NCBI RefSeq assembly: GCF_004010195.1
Contig: NC_057718.1
Coordinates: 25,552,670-25,616,669 of the forward strand
Source of the DNA: Chiloscyllium plagiosum
Lineage: Eukaryota
DNA: 64,000 nucleotides
Direction of reading: 5' to 3'
Below the pieces are notes generated by a model. The model saw only the letters and a list, made by a program, of their open reading frames with translations, did not search any database and was not told where the DNA came from. The position numbers and the translations under genes were made by a program. Below, one piece after another: positions 51,591 through 63,234 of this stretch (position 1 is the stretch's first letter; every line of letters begins with the position of its first letter).

Positions 51591-54500
51591 CTACACTATC
51601 CCATCATCATCCATGCGATTATCCAAGGATTGTTTAAATCTCCCTAATGTGGCTGAGTTAACTACATTGGCAGGTAGGGCATTCCACACCCTTACCACTC
51701 TCTCAGTAAAGAACCTGCCTATGACATCTGTTTTAAATCTATCACCCCTCAATTTGTAGTTATGCCCCCTCATACAAGCTGACATCATCATCCTAGGAAA
51801 AAGACTTTCACTCTCTACCCTATCTAATCCGCTGACCATCTTGTATGTTTCTATTAAATCTCCTCTTAGCCTTCTTCTTTCCAATGAGAATAGACTCAAG
51901 TCTCTCAGCCTTTCCTAATAAGAGCTTCCCTCCAGACCAGGCGACATCCTGGTAAATCTCCTCTGCACATTTTCCAATGCTTCCACATCCTTCCCGAAAT
52001 ATGGGGACCAGAACTATACACAATATTCCTAATGTGGCTGCACTAGCATTTTGTATAGTTGCAGCATGATATTGCGGCTCCAGAACTCAACCCCTCTACC
52101 AATGAAACCTAACACACCGTATGCCTTCTTAATAGCACTATCAATCTGGGTGGCGACTTTCAGGGATCTATGCACATAGACTCCAAGGTCCCTCTGCACA
52201 TCCACACTACCAAGAGCTTTTCCACTGACCCAGTACTCTGCCTTCCTGTTATTCTTCCCAAAGTGAATCACCTCACATTTAGCTACATTGAACTCCATTT
52301 GCCACCTCTCAGCCCAATTCTGCAGTTTATCCAAATCCCCCTGCAACCTGTAACATTCTTCCAAACTGTCTACTACTAATTCTGCAGTTTATCCAAGTCC
52401 CCCTGCAACCTGTAACATTCTTCCAAACTGTCCACTGCTCCACTGACTTTAGTATCATCTGCAAATTTACTAATCCATCCACCTATGCCTGCATCTATGT
52501 TATTTATAAAAATGACAAACAGTAGTGGTCCCAAAACAAATCCTTATGGCACACCACTAGTAACCGGACTCCAGGCTGGATATTTTCCATCAACCACCAC
52601 TCGCAGCCTTCTTTCAGAAAGCCAGTTTCTAATCCAAACTGCTGAATCCCCCTCAATCCAATGCCTCTGCATTTTGTCCAATAGCCTACCATGTGGAACC
52701 TTTTCAAAGGCTTTACTGAAGTCCATGTACACCACGTCAACTGCCCTACTCTCATCTACATGCTTGGTCACCTTCTCAAAAAACTCAATGAGGTTTGTGA
52801 GACACAACCTGCCCTTGATGAAACCATGTTGACTATCTGAAATCAAATTGTTGCTTGCTAGATGATTATAAATTTAATCTCTTATAATCCTTTCCAAAAC
52901 CTTTCCTACAACAGAATTGATGCCCACTGGTCTATAACTACCTGGGTCATCTCTACTGCCCTTCTTGAACAAGGGCACAACATTTGCAATCCTCCAGTCC
53001 TCTGGTACTAAACCTGTAGACGCTGACAACTCAAATAACAAAGCAAAATGCTCCGCTATCTCCTTCCTAGCTTTCCAGAGAAGGGCTTTTGCCCAAAACA
53101 TCCATTTTCCTGCTCCTTGGATGCTGCCAGACCAGCTGTGCTTTTCTAGCACCACTCAAATCTAGACCCCAATCCTCAGATAAATCCCATCTGGTCCAGG
53201 GAACTTGTCTACTTTCACTCCTTCTAGAATTGATAACACCTCTTCGTAACTAACCTCGATCCTTTCTAGTATCTCATTCTTCTCCTCTACAATATTCTAT
53301 TTTCCTGAGTGAAAACAGATAAGAAATGTTCATTTAGCACCTCTCCGATCTCCACTGGGCCCACACTTAACTTCCCACTTCTGTCTTTGACTGGCCCTAT
53401 TCCTACCCTAGTCATCCTTTTGTTCCTCACATACCTATAGAAAGCTTTAGGATTCTCCTTTATTTTATTTGCTAAAGACTGCTCGTGTCCTCTCTTTGCT
53501 CTTCTTAACTCTCTCTTTAAATCCTTCCTAGCTGATCTGCAACTCTCCATCATCTCATCTGAACCATCTTGTCTCATCAACACATAAGCCTCCTTCTTCC
53601 ACTTAAACCATCTTGTCTCATCAACACATAAGCCTCCTTCTTCCACTTAACAAGAGTTGCAGTTTCTGTAGTAAACCACGGTTCCCTTATCTTATCACTT
53701 CCTCCCTGCCTGACGGGGACATACCTATCAAGGGCACGTAATATCTGTTCCTTAAACCAGCTCCACATTTCCATTGTCTGCATCCCCTGTATTTTGCTAC
53801 CCCGTTCTATGCATCCTAATTCTTGCCTAATCGCATTATAATTGCTCTTGCCCCATCGATAACTCTCTTGACCTGTGACAAAAACTGATCCATCCAATGT
53901 ATTAGAGTTATAGCATTTCCAGTCAATGTTGGGGAAGTTAAAGTCCCCCATAATGTAAACTAAATGTAACTGAATTGTAGTCACTCTCTCCAAAGTGCTC
54001 ACCTACAACTAAATCTGGCCTGGTTCATTACCAAGCACCAGATCCAGTGTGGCCTTCCTTCTTGTCAGCCCTTCAACACACTGTGTCAGGAAACCCTCCT
54101 GTAACATTGGACAAAAACTGATCCATCCAATGTATTAGAGTTATAGCATTTCCAGTCAATGTTGGGGAAGTTAAAGTCCCCCATAATGACCACCCTGTTC
54201 CTTTCACTCCTACCCAGAATAATTTTGCCAATCCTCTCTTCCACCTCCCTGGAACTCTATGGAGGCTTATAAAAAACTCCAAGCAGTGTGACCTCTCCTC
54301 TCCTGTTTCTAACCTCTGCCCATACAACCTCAGCCTCTCCTGTTTCTAACCTCTGCCCATACAACCTCAGTAAACAAGTCCTCGTCAAAAGTTCTCACAG
54401 CCACTATCCTTGACTAACAAGGCCACACCTTGCCTGTTCTTAATGAAAGATCTAAACCCTGGAACCTGCAACATCCATTCCTCACCCTGCTCTACTCATG

Positions 54501-54615
54501 TCTCCGAAGTGGCTACAACATCCAAGTCCCAGATACCTATCCAGGCTGCAAGCTCACCTACCTTATTTTGGATACTTCTGGTGTTGAAGTAGACACACTT
54601 CAAACCAGCTTGCTG
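51591..54615 (-). pseudogene. CR1 ORF2: APE endonuclease + reverse transcriptase (disrupted)
   Basis: LKCVYFNTRSIQNK..ATSET*, MGDFNFPNIDW, QHGFIKGRLCLTNLIEFF, YMDFSKAF, KFADDTK, RRRLRGDLIETYK, VRVWNALP. Confidence 0.95.
53081..53170 (+). mobile_element. Penelope pseudo-LTR fragment nested in CR1 ORF2
   Basis: aagggcttttgcccaaaac..cctgctccttggatgctgccagaccagctgtgctttt interrupts the CR1 between ccagag and aatcct. Confidence 0.88.
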
Positions 54616-54719
54616 TCTGCCAGCACATTCCTGTGATTGTGAAATCCTATCCCTGTCTTCCCTCCTCTCATCCTCCTGTGCATTGCAATTACACCTCAGG
54701 TTCCCTTCCCCCTACTGAG

Positions 54720-55639
54720 CTAGTTTAAACCCACCCGGATAGCACCAGCAAATTTCCCACCCAGGATATTAGTACCCCTCAGGTTCAATTGAAGACCGTC
54801 CTGTTTGTACAGGTCCCACTTCCTCATAAAGAGCCCCAATTATCCAAGAACCTGAAACCCTTCCTCCTGCAACATCCTTGCAGCCACATGTTCAACTGAT
54901 ATCTCTCCCTATTCCTTGCCTCACTATCATGTGGCATGGGTAGCAAACCAGAGATAACAACTTTGTTTGTTCTAGCTCTCAGCTTCCACCCTAGCTCCCT
55001 GAAATCCTGCCTTACATCCCTATCCCTGTCTCTATCTATGTCATTGGTACCTACATGGACAACGACTTGGGGCTGGTCACCTTCTCACTTTAGGACCCTA
55101 AAGATACGATCTGAGACATCACGGATCCTGGCACCTGGGAGGCAATACACCAGCTGTGAGTCTCATTCGCTCCCAACAAACCTTCTATCTGACCCTCTAA
55201 CTATTGAGTCCCCAATGACTAACACTCTCCTCCTTTCCCTCCTTCCCTCTGTGCAACAGGGACAGGCTCTGTGCCAGATACCTGGGCTCCACTGCATAGC
55301 CCTGGTAAGTCACCCCCCCCCCAAAGTATTCAAAATGCTATACATGTTTTTCAGGAGAACGACCACAGGGAATCCCTCTACTGACCTTTTTTCCCCCCCT
55401 TCAAACAGTCACCCAGCTTCATGCCTAGGAGTAACTACTTCCCTGTAACTCTTATCTATCACAGCCTCTGCCTCCCGAATGATCTGAAGTTCATCCAGCT
55501 CCTGCTCCAGTTCCTTAACACGGTCTTGGAGGAGCGAGAGTTGGGTGCACTTCCTGCAGATGTACTTGGATGGGACACTACTGGCGTCCCTCACCTCAAA
55601 CATCATGCAGGAGGAACATTCCTCTCCCTGCACTTCCAT
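54720..55639 (-). pseudogene. CR1 ORF1: zinc finger + coiled coil + SGNH/GDSL esterase-like domain (disrupted)
   Basis: CSSC..CRKC followed by LQDRVKELEQELDEL; then VLVIGDSIVRG, CLPGA, VVVHVGTND, VVISGLLP and DGLQLN; ends GLN*. Confidence 0.9.
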
Positions 55640-57819
55640 CCCTGCTAGTCCCCTTATCAGAAAGTAAAAAAGAAGAGAAGGTTCCTGATGTGTCCCTGGT
55701 GTTTAAGGTTAGAGGACCCTACAAAGGTAGGGTCTTGGGTTTAGAAAACACTGAATTGTATAGCTGGATGGAAATTTTAAAAAAGTCCCTCCTTTCCCAG
55801 AAACGTCTGCTCTCTGATTTTAAATATAAAAGCTCAAATCAGTGACTCACCACCCCCAGCAGGCCCCCTGGTCCAAGCTCCCACCCTTTGAGCTGCTGCT
55901 GCTGATAAACAGAAATAGAGGACTCCCGCGCTCGAGGTAAGTTTTGAAGATGCAAATCAGTGACTCACCGCTCCCCAGCAGCTTAGTGGAGAGACGTGTT
56001 GGTGATTGTGCCTCTCCTATCCTCACCCTCCCTCAAAACAAAGCAAAAAAAAGCATTATTTTCTGACACACATCCCTCTCAACTGTGTTTTCCAGTTTTC
56101 TCTTTGTCAACTTTCTTATCTCCTCAGTAATACTTTAATTGATGGATTCTTAGATTTTTCTTTTTTCATCTTGAGCTATAAAAAATCTCTATACATTTCT
56201 CAGCCTTTCTACGTTCTCAATGCTTTAAAATTAAGAAACATTAGAGTAAACATGACTTTAACTCCTTGCCTTTTTCTTGAGTCTGAAAAATTCCAAAACT
56301 TCTGATCTCTTCAGTTTTTTTATTTCTCCCCACAATCTGTTGGCATGAGCTTCGTATCAACCAGCCATTACTCTTGGGTGCTGCTTATCCAGCCAACAAG
56401 CAGGTAGTGCAAGTGACCCCCACTTTCCATGCAACATCCCATGTCACCTGTGTCAACTCATGTCCCGACCCATATTCCCTCACGCCCTCCTTGCCAAATC
56501 ATGCCTGCAGCAATCCTCTATAGTCCCTCTTACTGTCCATGGGAACTTGCTGTAAACTCAAGCCTTTGCACATCAACTCATTCATCACACGTAGTCCTTA
56601 GACCCTCCATGCCAACTGACTATGACTACATGGGCCATGTTGAGGTAAAAAAAAGCATATATCAAAATAATTTTTAAAAATTACCATTCATGAAAGCACT
56701 AGAAGTTTTTCCGTTTCTTCAAGTGCTGGATCTCTTATACAAAGAAGCTAACTAAGTACTATTCATATACTCACATCAAAGAAAACTAATCCTTTAGCAA
56801 ATTCTTTGAGCTGTCAATCAAACTGTGAATGTTGAGCATCTCTGCCCTCTTGATTTCATTATAGTTTGTAGAAAGTAGTCAAGCATTTCGAAAGAGCCCT
56901 TGAAAGAACATTAATAAACAGCTATTGTAATTGCTAGAACAGTTGTTTTTGACCTGTAATTGATATGGGCAGGTTGTTTCTCTTTTAATTTTAACGTGCA
57001 GTTAATGTGAATAACTTGCAGAGTGATGAACTCATTTTCCCTTCAAAAGAATTTATGCTGACTTTGAAATTCGTAACACAGTAAGTTTGGACCATTGCTA
57101 GCACTGAATTCAGTGGCTCTGTTGAGTTTTGGTTTCTCTAATTTGTAAATCTTACCACCAACACCCCATTTCCCCTCCCAGTGAAAATTGACTGTGTTGT
57201 GAATGGGGATGGGGCTTCCTAACCTGGTGCCAGCTGCCATAAGTAAACAACTCTGTGAAAATTCAGGAAAATTCGAAGTTATAGACTTTTGCTTTCAACT
57301 AACAACACTGCTTGGTTCTATTTTTAGTTTGGCTGTTTTTATTTTTCGATATTCTGCTACTTTGCAAAAACAATGGAGAACCTTATAAGCGGTGGCTGAT
57401 GATGCCAGATTTTGGAGTAGGATCATGTCATGGATTTGGAGGACACAGCTTTAACTCTTCCACCAAGCTGTTGGTCCTATCCACGTCTGAACCATGCTAA
57501 CCTGAATAGGTTGAAGGGTGAGGGGGGGGGGGAGATTAGATCGTTTCATCCCAGTATTGTCCTCACCCTGGTATCTGGTTAAAAAAAAAAGACTTCTGTA
57601 AGAAGTTTTGAAGAATCTTGATTGTTACTGTCTCGGCAGCAGAATTTTGCATGCCAGAAATAATTCAATATTTAATGATTGGGGAAGCTTAAAAGTTGAA
57701 TTTTACAGTTCAATATTTCTGACAGAGATTTTTCTATGATAGGAACCTGAATTGGTTTGTAGAATGCAGCGTGGTTTACGTGATTTGCTGTCTTTTATTT
57801 GTCTCTTCATTGTTATGCT

Positions 57820-58010
57820 GTTAAAGTTACCATTGTCCCAGAGGGCTGCTCTCCCATTAGCGAAAGGCAGTTGGTGGTTGTTTACCACACTTTGAGCAAG
57901 GAGCAAGGCTGAGAAGGAGAGTCCTTCAGGGTAACCGCAGCTAGTGGGGATAATTGAACCCACACTGTTGGTATCACAATGCATCGCAAACCTGTCATCT
58001 AGCCAACTGC
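57820..58010 (-). mobile_element. tRNA-derived SINE, same family as 19102-19327
   Basis: The reverse complement aligns loosely with 19102-19327 (gggctgctctc, aattgaaccc, tctagccaactg). Confidence 0.55.
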
Positions 58011-58470
58011 TATTAAAGTAAGACAATGGAATAAAGACTTGTCCATGTATGAATTATTAAAGGCTCAGATCAAGTTTCTGGAAAAGAATGAAAGGTTTAG
58101 AATATTTGATTTGTTTTGGTAGTTCAACATTGGTATTGGTGGCTGTTCTGCATGATGGGCAGTCCATACAACATTGAGTGCACAATAACTTGGTAAGATG
58201 GTAATTGGTAATCCTATGCAATGCCTCTTTACATGAGGTCCCCACATTTGCTCTGTTCACTGAGTAATCCAGACAATAAAAGTAGAGTTCCTGGAGGAAC
58301 TGGAATCTCTGCAGATACATGAACATTGCTATAGCTTACCACCCTTGTCACAGGCAAAGTGGCTGCCATTCATGAGTAATTTTGAAGAACAGTTTGAACA
58401 GAGCTCATGTCTTTTCAGATGAAGTCCCGTTCAGTGACACTGACCAATACACGGCCACACAAATGCCATG

Positions 58471-58565
58471 GTTAGATTAGATTACTTACAGTGTGGAAAC
58501 AGGCCCTTTGGCCAAACAAGCCCACACCGACCCTCCGAAGAGCAACCCACCCAGACCCATTCCCC
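58471..58565 (-). mobile_element. HE1-like SINE 3' fragment
   Basis: ttagattagattacttacagtgtggaaacaggccc tail only. Confidence 0.88.
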
Positions 58566-59444
58566 AGACATTTCAGACAGCAAAGGTGAAAATCCAGGGA
58601 GTGAATGGTATCCCACAGAAATTCACAAATGTCAGTGTTGGGCTATCATTAATCAGCCACACAGTCTTTTCAAGCTCTGAGTTGCCAACACATTAAAAAA
58701 TAAAGCAGCCAGTATTTTGCTGGCTGGCTTAATTTTCAGTGGAAATCTACTGAAATAGACCTTCTACCCACCCTATCAAGTTCATTAACCAAGATTGTGC
58801 ATTCAGATGGTTCTCTTCCCTGAAACCTAAATGGTTCACTCAAACATTGCAAAATTTACTGCAAAAAATAGTTAAGAAAGATCCCATGCTAACTTGTATC
58901 CCTTTTTCAGATGGTGACTGACGTCCTGCACCCTACTACGTTCTCTGTTTTTATTTCAAATTTCCAAATTAATTGTTTTTTTTAAAAGAAAATGTTCACA
59001 CTGCCCTGTAATATGTTACCAACTTATGTCCAAAAGAATTAACTTTGGTGACTGAAGTGACTTATATTTTGTAATTTGATGTGAAATGGCCACATTTGAA
59101 AGAACCTCAGTTCTTACATGGAGGAATTTCCCACCAGAGGTGATTTACATGTGCTTAATATGTTTTTGGCTTACATGATATATAATAATTTCATGCTTAC
59201 TAATTGATAATCAAATTATTATACTTGGGTGGTGGATAATATTATTGTGCTCACCTTGCAGTAAGTTTTAATGTGCAGTGAAAAACAGGACCACAACAGC
59301 TATGGATAGCAGCAGTAAGTCTGTTTTCTGGAATATGCTTTCTAGAGTAAAAATTAAATAAAAACATAACAAAGAAAAATATTGATTACGGTTTGAAAAA
59401 CTAATTTGACACCATTTCTTGAAAACCTTTCAAAATTATTTAAT

Positions 59445-60390
59445 AGCTTACATTTCTATCGCCCCTTTGATGTAATTAATTATTCTAGGCATTTCACAGG
59501 AACATTATCAAACAAAATTTGCCACTGAGCCACAGAAGAAGACATTAGGGAAATGATCAAAAGCTTGGTCAAAGATTTAAAAACTGTCTCAGTTTTGAAA
59601 GAGAGGCTTTTGAGGCAGAGAGATTTAGGGAGTTAGGATTTTAGGAACTCAAACTGCAGCTAGCAGTGGTGGAGTGATCAAACTCAGGGATTAGATTAGA
59701 TTACTTACAGTGTGGAAACAGGCCCTTTGGCCCAACAAGTCCACACCGCCCCGCCGAAGCGCAACCCACCCATACATTTACCCCTTACCTAACACTACGG
59801 GCAATTTAGAATAGCCAGTTCACCTGACCTGCACATCTTTGGACCGTGGGAGGAAACCAGAGCACCCGGAGGAAACCCACGCAGACACGGGGAGAATGTG
59901 CAAACTCCACACAGTCAGTCGCCTGAGGCGGGAATTGAACCCGGGTCTCTGGCGCTGTGAGGCAGCAGTGCTAACCACTGTGCCACCGTGCCGCCCACGG
60001 ATACCCAAGACCAAAGTTGAAGAGTGCAAAGAACTTGTATGTTGCAGACCTGAAGGAGGCTACCGAGATGTGGAGGGGCAAACTCATGGACAGATTTGAA
60101 ACGAGGATGAAAAATCTGAACCAGTCAGTGACCACAGGAGTGACGAGTGAATGGGACTTAGTGCAAGTTAGGATGTGGATAGGAGTGTTTTGGGTAACCC
60201 TTACGGAGGGTAGAAAATGGGTAACTGGCAAGTCTAACAAGGCAGTTTCAGCAGCAAATAAGCTGAGACAGAGCTGGAATTGAGTATTGTTACAGAGGTA
60301 AAGGTATTAAAATGAGTCTTAGTAGTATTGCAAATGTATGATCAGAAGCTCAGCATGGGGTCAAGTACAACACCAAGGACTTTGGATCTG
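59445..60390 (-). mobile_element. Old L2-type LINE 3' fragment, split by a SINE
   Basis: cttacatttctatcgccc..ttcacaggaacattatcaaacaaaatttg..aaaagcttggtcaaag resembles the L2 3' terminus and continues after 60000. Confidence 0.55.
59689..60000 (-). mobile_element. Young full-length HE1-like SINE
   Basis: Intact A and B boxes, many CpGs, (GATTA)3 tail. Closely matches 21949-22262. Confidence 0.95.
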
Positions 60391-61299
60391 TCTCAGACAA
60401 TTTTTTTTTATCATGTTGTTGTCACAAACAGAAAATTAAAGAAAAAGAACTTGTGACATCCATGAGTTAAAATCAGAGCCTTCTATTCATAAAGCAATTG
60501 TAAATGTGGCAAAAGGCTGTGGTACAGTTTCAGTATTTATTCATCTTGATGTGGGAACTTAATTGTCATTCCTGTGTATCAGGGGATCAAAGTATTGTGC
60601 ATGGCTGACACCAGGTCAACACCATCAAATGCTTTCTTTCCCTCTGTTGCTTGTTAATTTGAACAAATGCCTTCCTTGACAGAGGTAAATGCTTGATGTT
60701 AAAATTTCCTAGTTCTGTGCGTGTAGGAGTGCAAATTATGTAAAATGTGTGAGTTAGTATTGCTACTGTGTAACCTCACTTGATGAAAGGGTAAATTGGA
60801 TAATTAGGTGTGGAAATCAGTACAGTCAAGTCACAATCTTCATAGTGTACTCATGAGGGAGGGCCCTGAATCAGACCCATTGACCTCCTCCACACTCGAC
60901 TGCCTGTTCCGACCTCTGTCTAGGACATGCCAGTTGGTGAAGTTCATGCTGATACTTTTACATTAATCCATTGGTGCATACAGAATTCTTTTATTAATTC
61001 CAAGTCTGACAGCTTTACAATATGCTTTTGCCTTTTCTCAATCTAACTGAGTAACCAAAGTGAAGGCAATGATCCTTAGTAGATATTGTGTCTTCTTCAT
61101 CTTTTTAATGTGTACTCCCCCACTTTCCTACATAATAGATTATCCTCACAGCTGGATTGCTCCCAAAAGTCCTGGATATTACTAAACTGGCCATTGATAA
61201 CAATGTTGGCACTAATGGCACATGGTGCATGGTTCATTTTAATATGTTATCCTAACCTTGCTCTGATATTTCTTTGTAATTAGACAAAATCACAAGATA

Positions 61300-62042
61300 T
61301 GTAGGGTTTTTCAGGGGATTTCAAGATTAGGGGGCACATTTTTAAGGTGAGAGGAGAAAGATTTTAAAAAAGCACATGAGGGGCACATTTTTTGCACACT
61401 GTGTGGTTCGCATGTGGAATTAACTTCCTGAGGAAGTGGTGGATGTGGGTACAATTACAAAGTTTAAGAGGCATTTGGATAAATCCATGAATAGGAAAGG
61501 TTTGGAGGGATATGGGCCAGAAACAGGCAGGTGGGATGAGTTTAGTTTGGGACTATATTCCGCATGGACTTGAAAGGATTCAGAAAACATTTGCAAGGAT
61601 GTTGCAAGGTTGGAGGGTTTGAGCTATAGCGAGAGGCTGAATAGATTGGGGCTGTTTTCCCTGAAGCTGAGGGATGACCTCATAGAGGTTTATAAAATCA
61701 TGAGGGGCATAGATAGGGTAAATAGCCAAGGTCTTTTCCCTGGGGTCAGAGAGTCCAGAACTAGAGGGCATAGGTTTAGAGTGAGAGGGGAAAGACTTAA
61801 AAGGAACAACATTTTCACAGAGGGTGGTGTGTATATGGAATGAGCTGCCAGAGGAAGTGGTAGAGGCTGGTACAATTACAGCATTTAAAGGGAATCTGGA
61901 TGGGTATATGAAAACGAAGGGATTAGAGGAATATGGGCCAAGTACTGGCAAATGGGACAAGATTAATTTAAGATATCTGGCCGGCACTGACAAGTTGAAC
62001 CAAAGAATCTGTTTCTGTGCTATATGATGCTATGACTCTATG
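61300..62042 (+). mobile_element. Two head-to-tail CR1 3' fragments (junction ~61570)
   Basis: The C-terminal/3' UTR block (gaggaagtgg..tacaattaca..gggcca) occurs twice. EGLSYSERLNRLGLFSL; tail ctatgactctatg. Confidence 0.9.
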
Positions 62043-62069
62043 TGTGGTCTCGGTTTAGTTTACTAATTT

Positions 62070-63190
62070 TAGAACATAGAACATAGAACAATACAACACA
62101 GAACAGGCCCTTTGCCCTTCAATGTTGCGCTGACCTGTGAACTATTCTCAGCTCATCCCCCTACACTAACCCAAACTCATCCATGTGCTTATCCAAGGAT
62201 TGTTTAAATCTCCCTAATGTGGCTGAGTTGACTACATTAGCAGGTAGGGCATTCCACGCCCTCACCACTCTCTGCATAACGAACCTGCCTCTGACATCTG
62301 CCTTAAACCTATTACCCCTCAATTTGTAGTTGTGCCCCTTGTACAAGCTGACGTCATCATCTGAGGAAAAAGACTTTCACTGTCTACTCTATCTAATCCT
62401 CTGATCATCTTGTATGTATCCATTAAATCTCCTCTTAGTCTCCTTCTTTCCAATGAGAACAGACTCAAGTCTCTCAGTCTTTCCTCATAAGAGCTTCCCT
62501 CCAGACCAGACAACGACGTGGTAAATCTCCTCTGCTCCTCTTCCAATACTTCCACATCCTTCCTGTAATGGGGCGATGAGAACTGTACACAATATTCCAA
62601 GTGTGGCCGCACTAGCGTTTTGTATAGTTGCAGCATGATATTGCGGCTCCGGAACTCAATCCCTCTACGAATGAAAGCTTACACACCATATGCCTTCTTA
62701 ACAGCACGATCCACTTGGGTGGCAACTATCAGGGATCTATGTACATGGACTCCAAGATCCCTCTGCACATCCACACCACCAAGAATCTTTCCATTGACCC
62801 AATACTCTGCCATCCTGTTATGCTTCCCAAAGTGCATCACCTCATATTTAGCTGTATTGAACTCCATTTGCCACCTCTCAGCCGAATTCTGCAGTTTATC
62901 CAAGTACCCCTGCAACCAATAACATTCTTCCAAACTGTCCACTACTCCACCGACTTTAGTGTCATCTGCAAAATTATCAATCCATCCACCTATTCCTGCG
63001 TCTAAGTCATTTATAAAAATGACAAACGGCAGTGGTCCCAAAACAGGTCCCTGTGGCACACCACTAGTAACTGGATTCCAGGCTGAATATTCTCCATCAA
63101 CCACCACTCGGTGCCTTCTTTCAGAAAGCCAGTTTCTAATCCAAACTGTTAAATCACCCTCAATTCCATGCCTCAGCATTTTCTCCAACA
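62070..63190 (-). mobile_element. 5'-truncated CR1 LINE, same subfamily as 51500-55985
   Basis: SGVPQGPVLGPLPF, NFADDTKVGG, LYKTLVRPHLEYCVQF and an (AGAACAT)n tail. Aligns with 51500-52680. Confidence 0.95.
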
Positions 63191-63234
63191 ATTATCTCAT
63201 TTTATTGGAAAGCATTAGAAGTCATTGTTTTTTG

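Larger units (their letters stand above)
51500..55985 (-). mobile_element. Near full-length CR1/HER1-type LINE (5' UTR, ORF1, ORF2, 3' tail), inactivated
   Basis: 5' UTR, ORF1, APE endonuclease, RT, C-terminus and an (AGAACAT)-type tail at 51500-51520 are colinear. Stops, frameshifts and internal duplications are present. No TSD found. Confidence 0.96.

Noticed and set aside
54936..55448. 170-aa plus-strand ORF
   Set aside because: Antisense shadow of CR1 ORF1.
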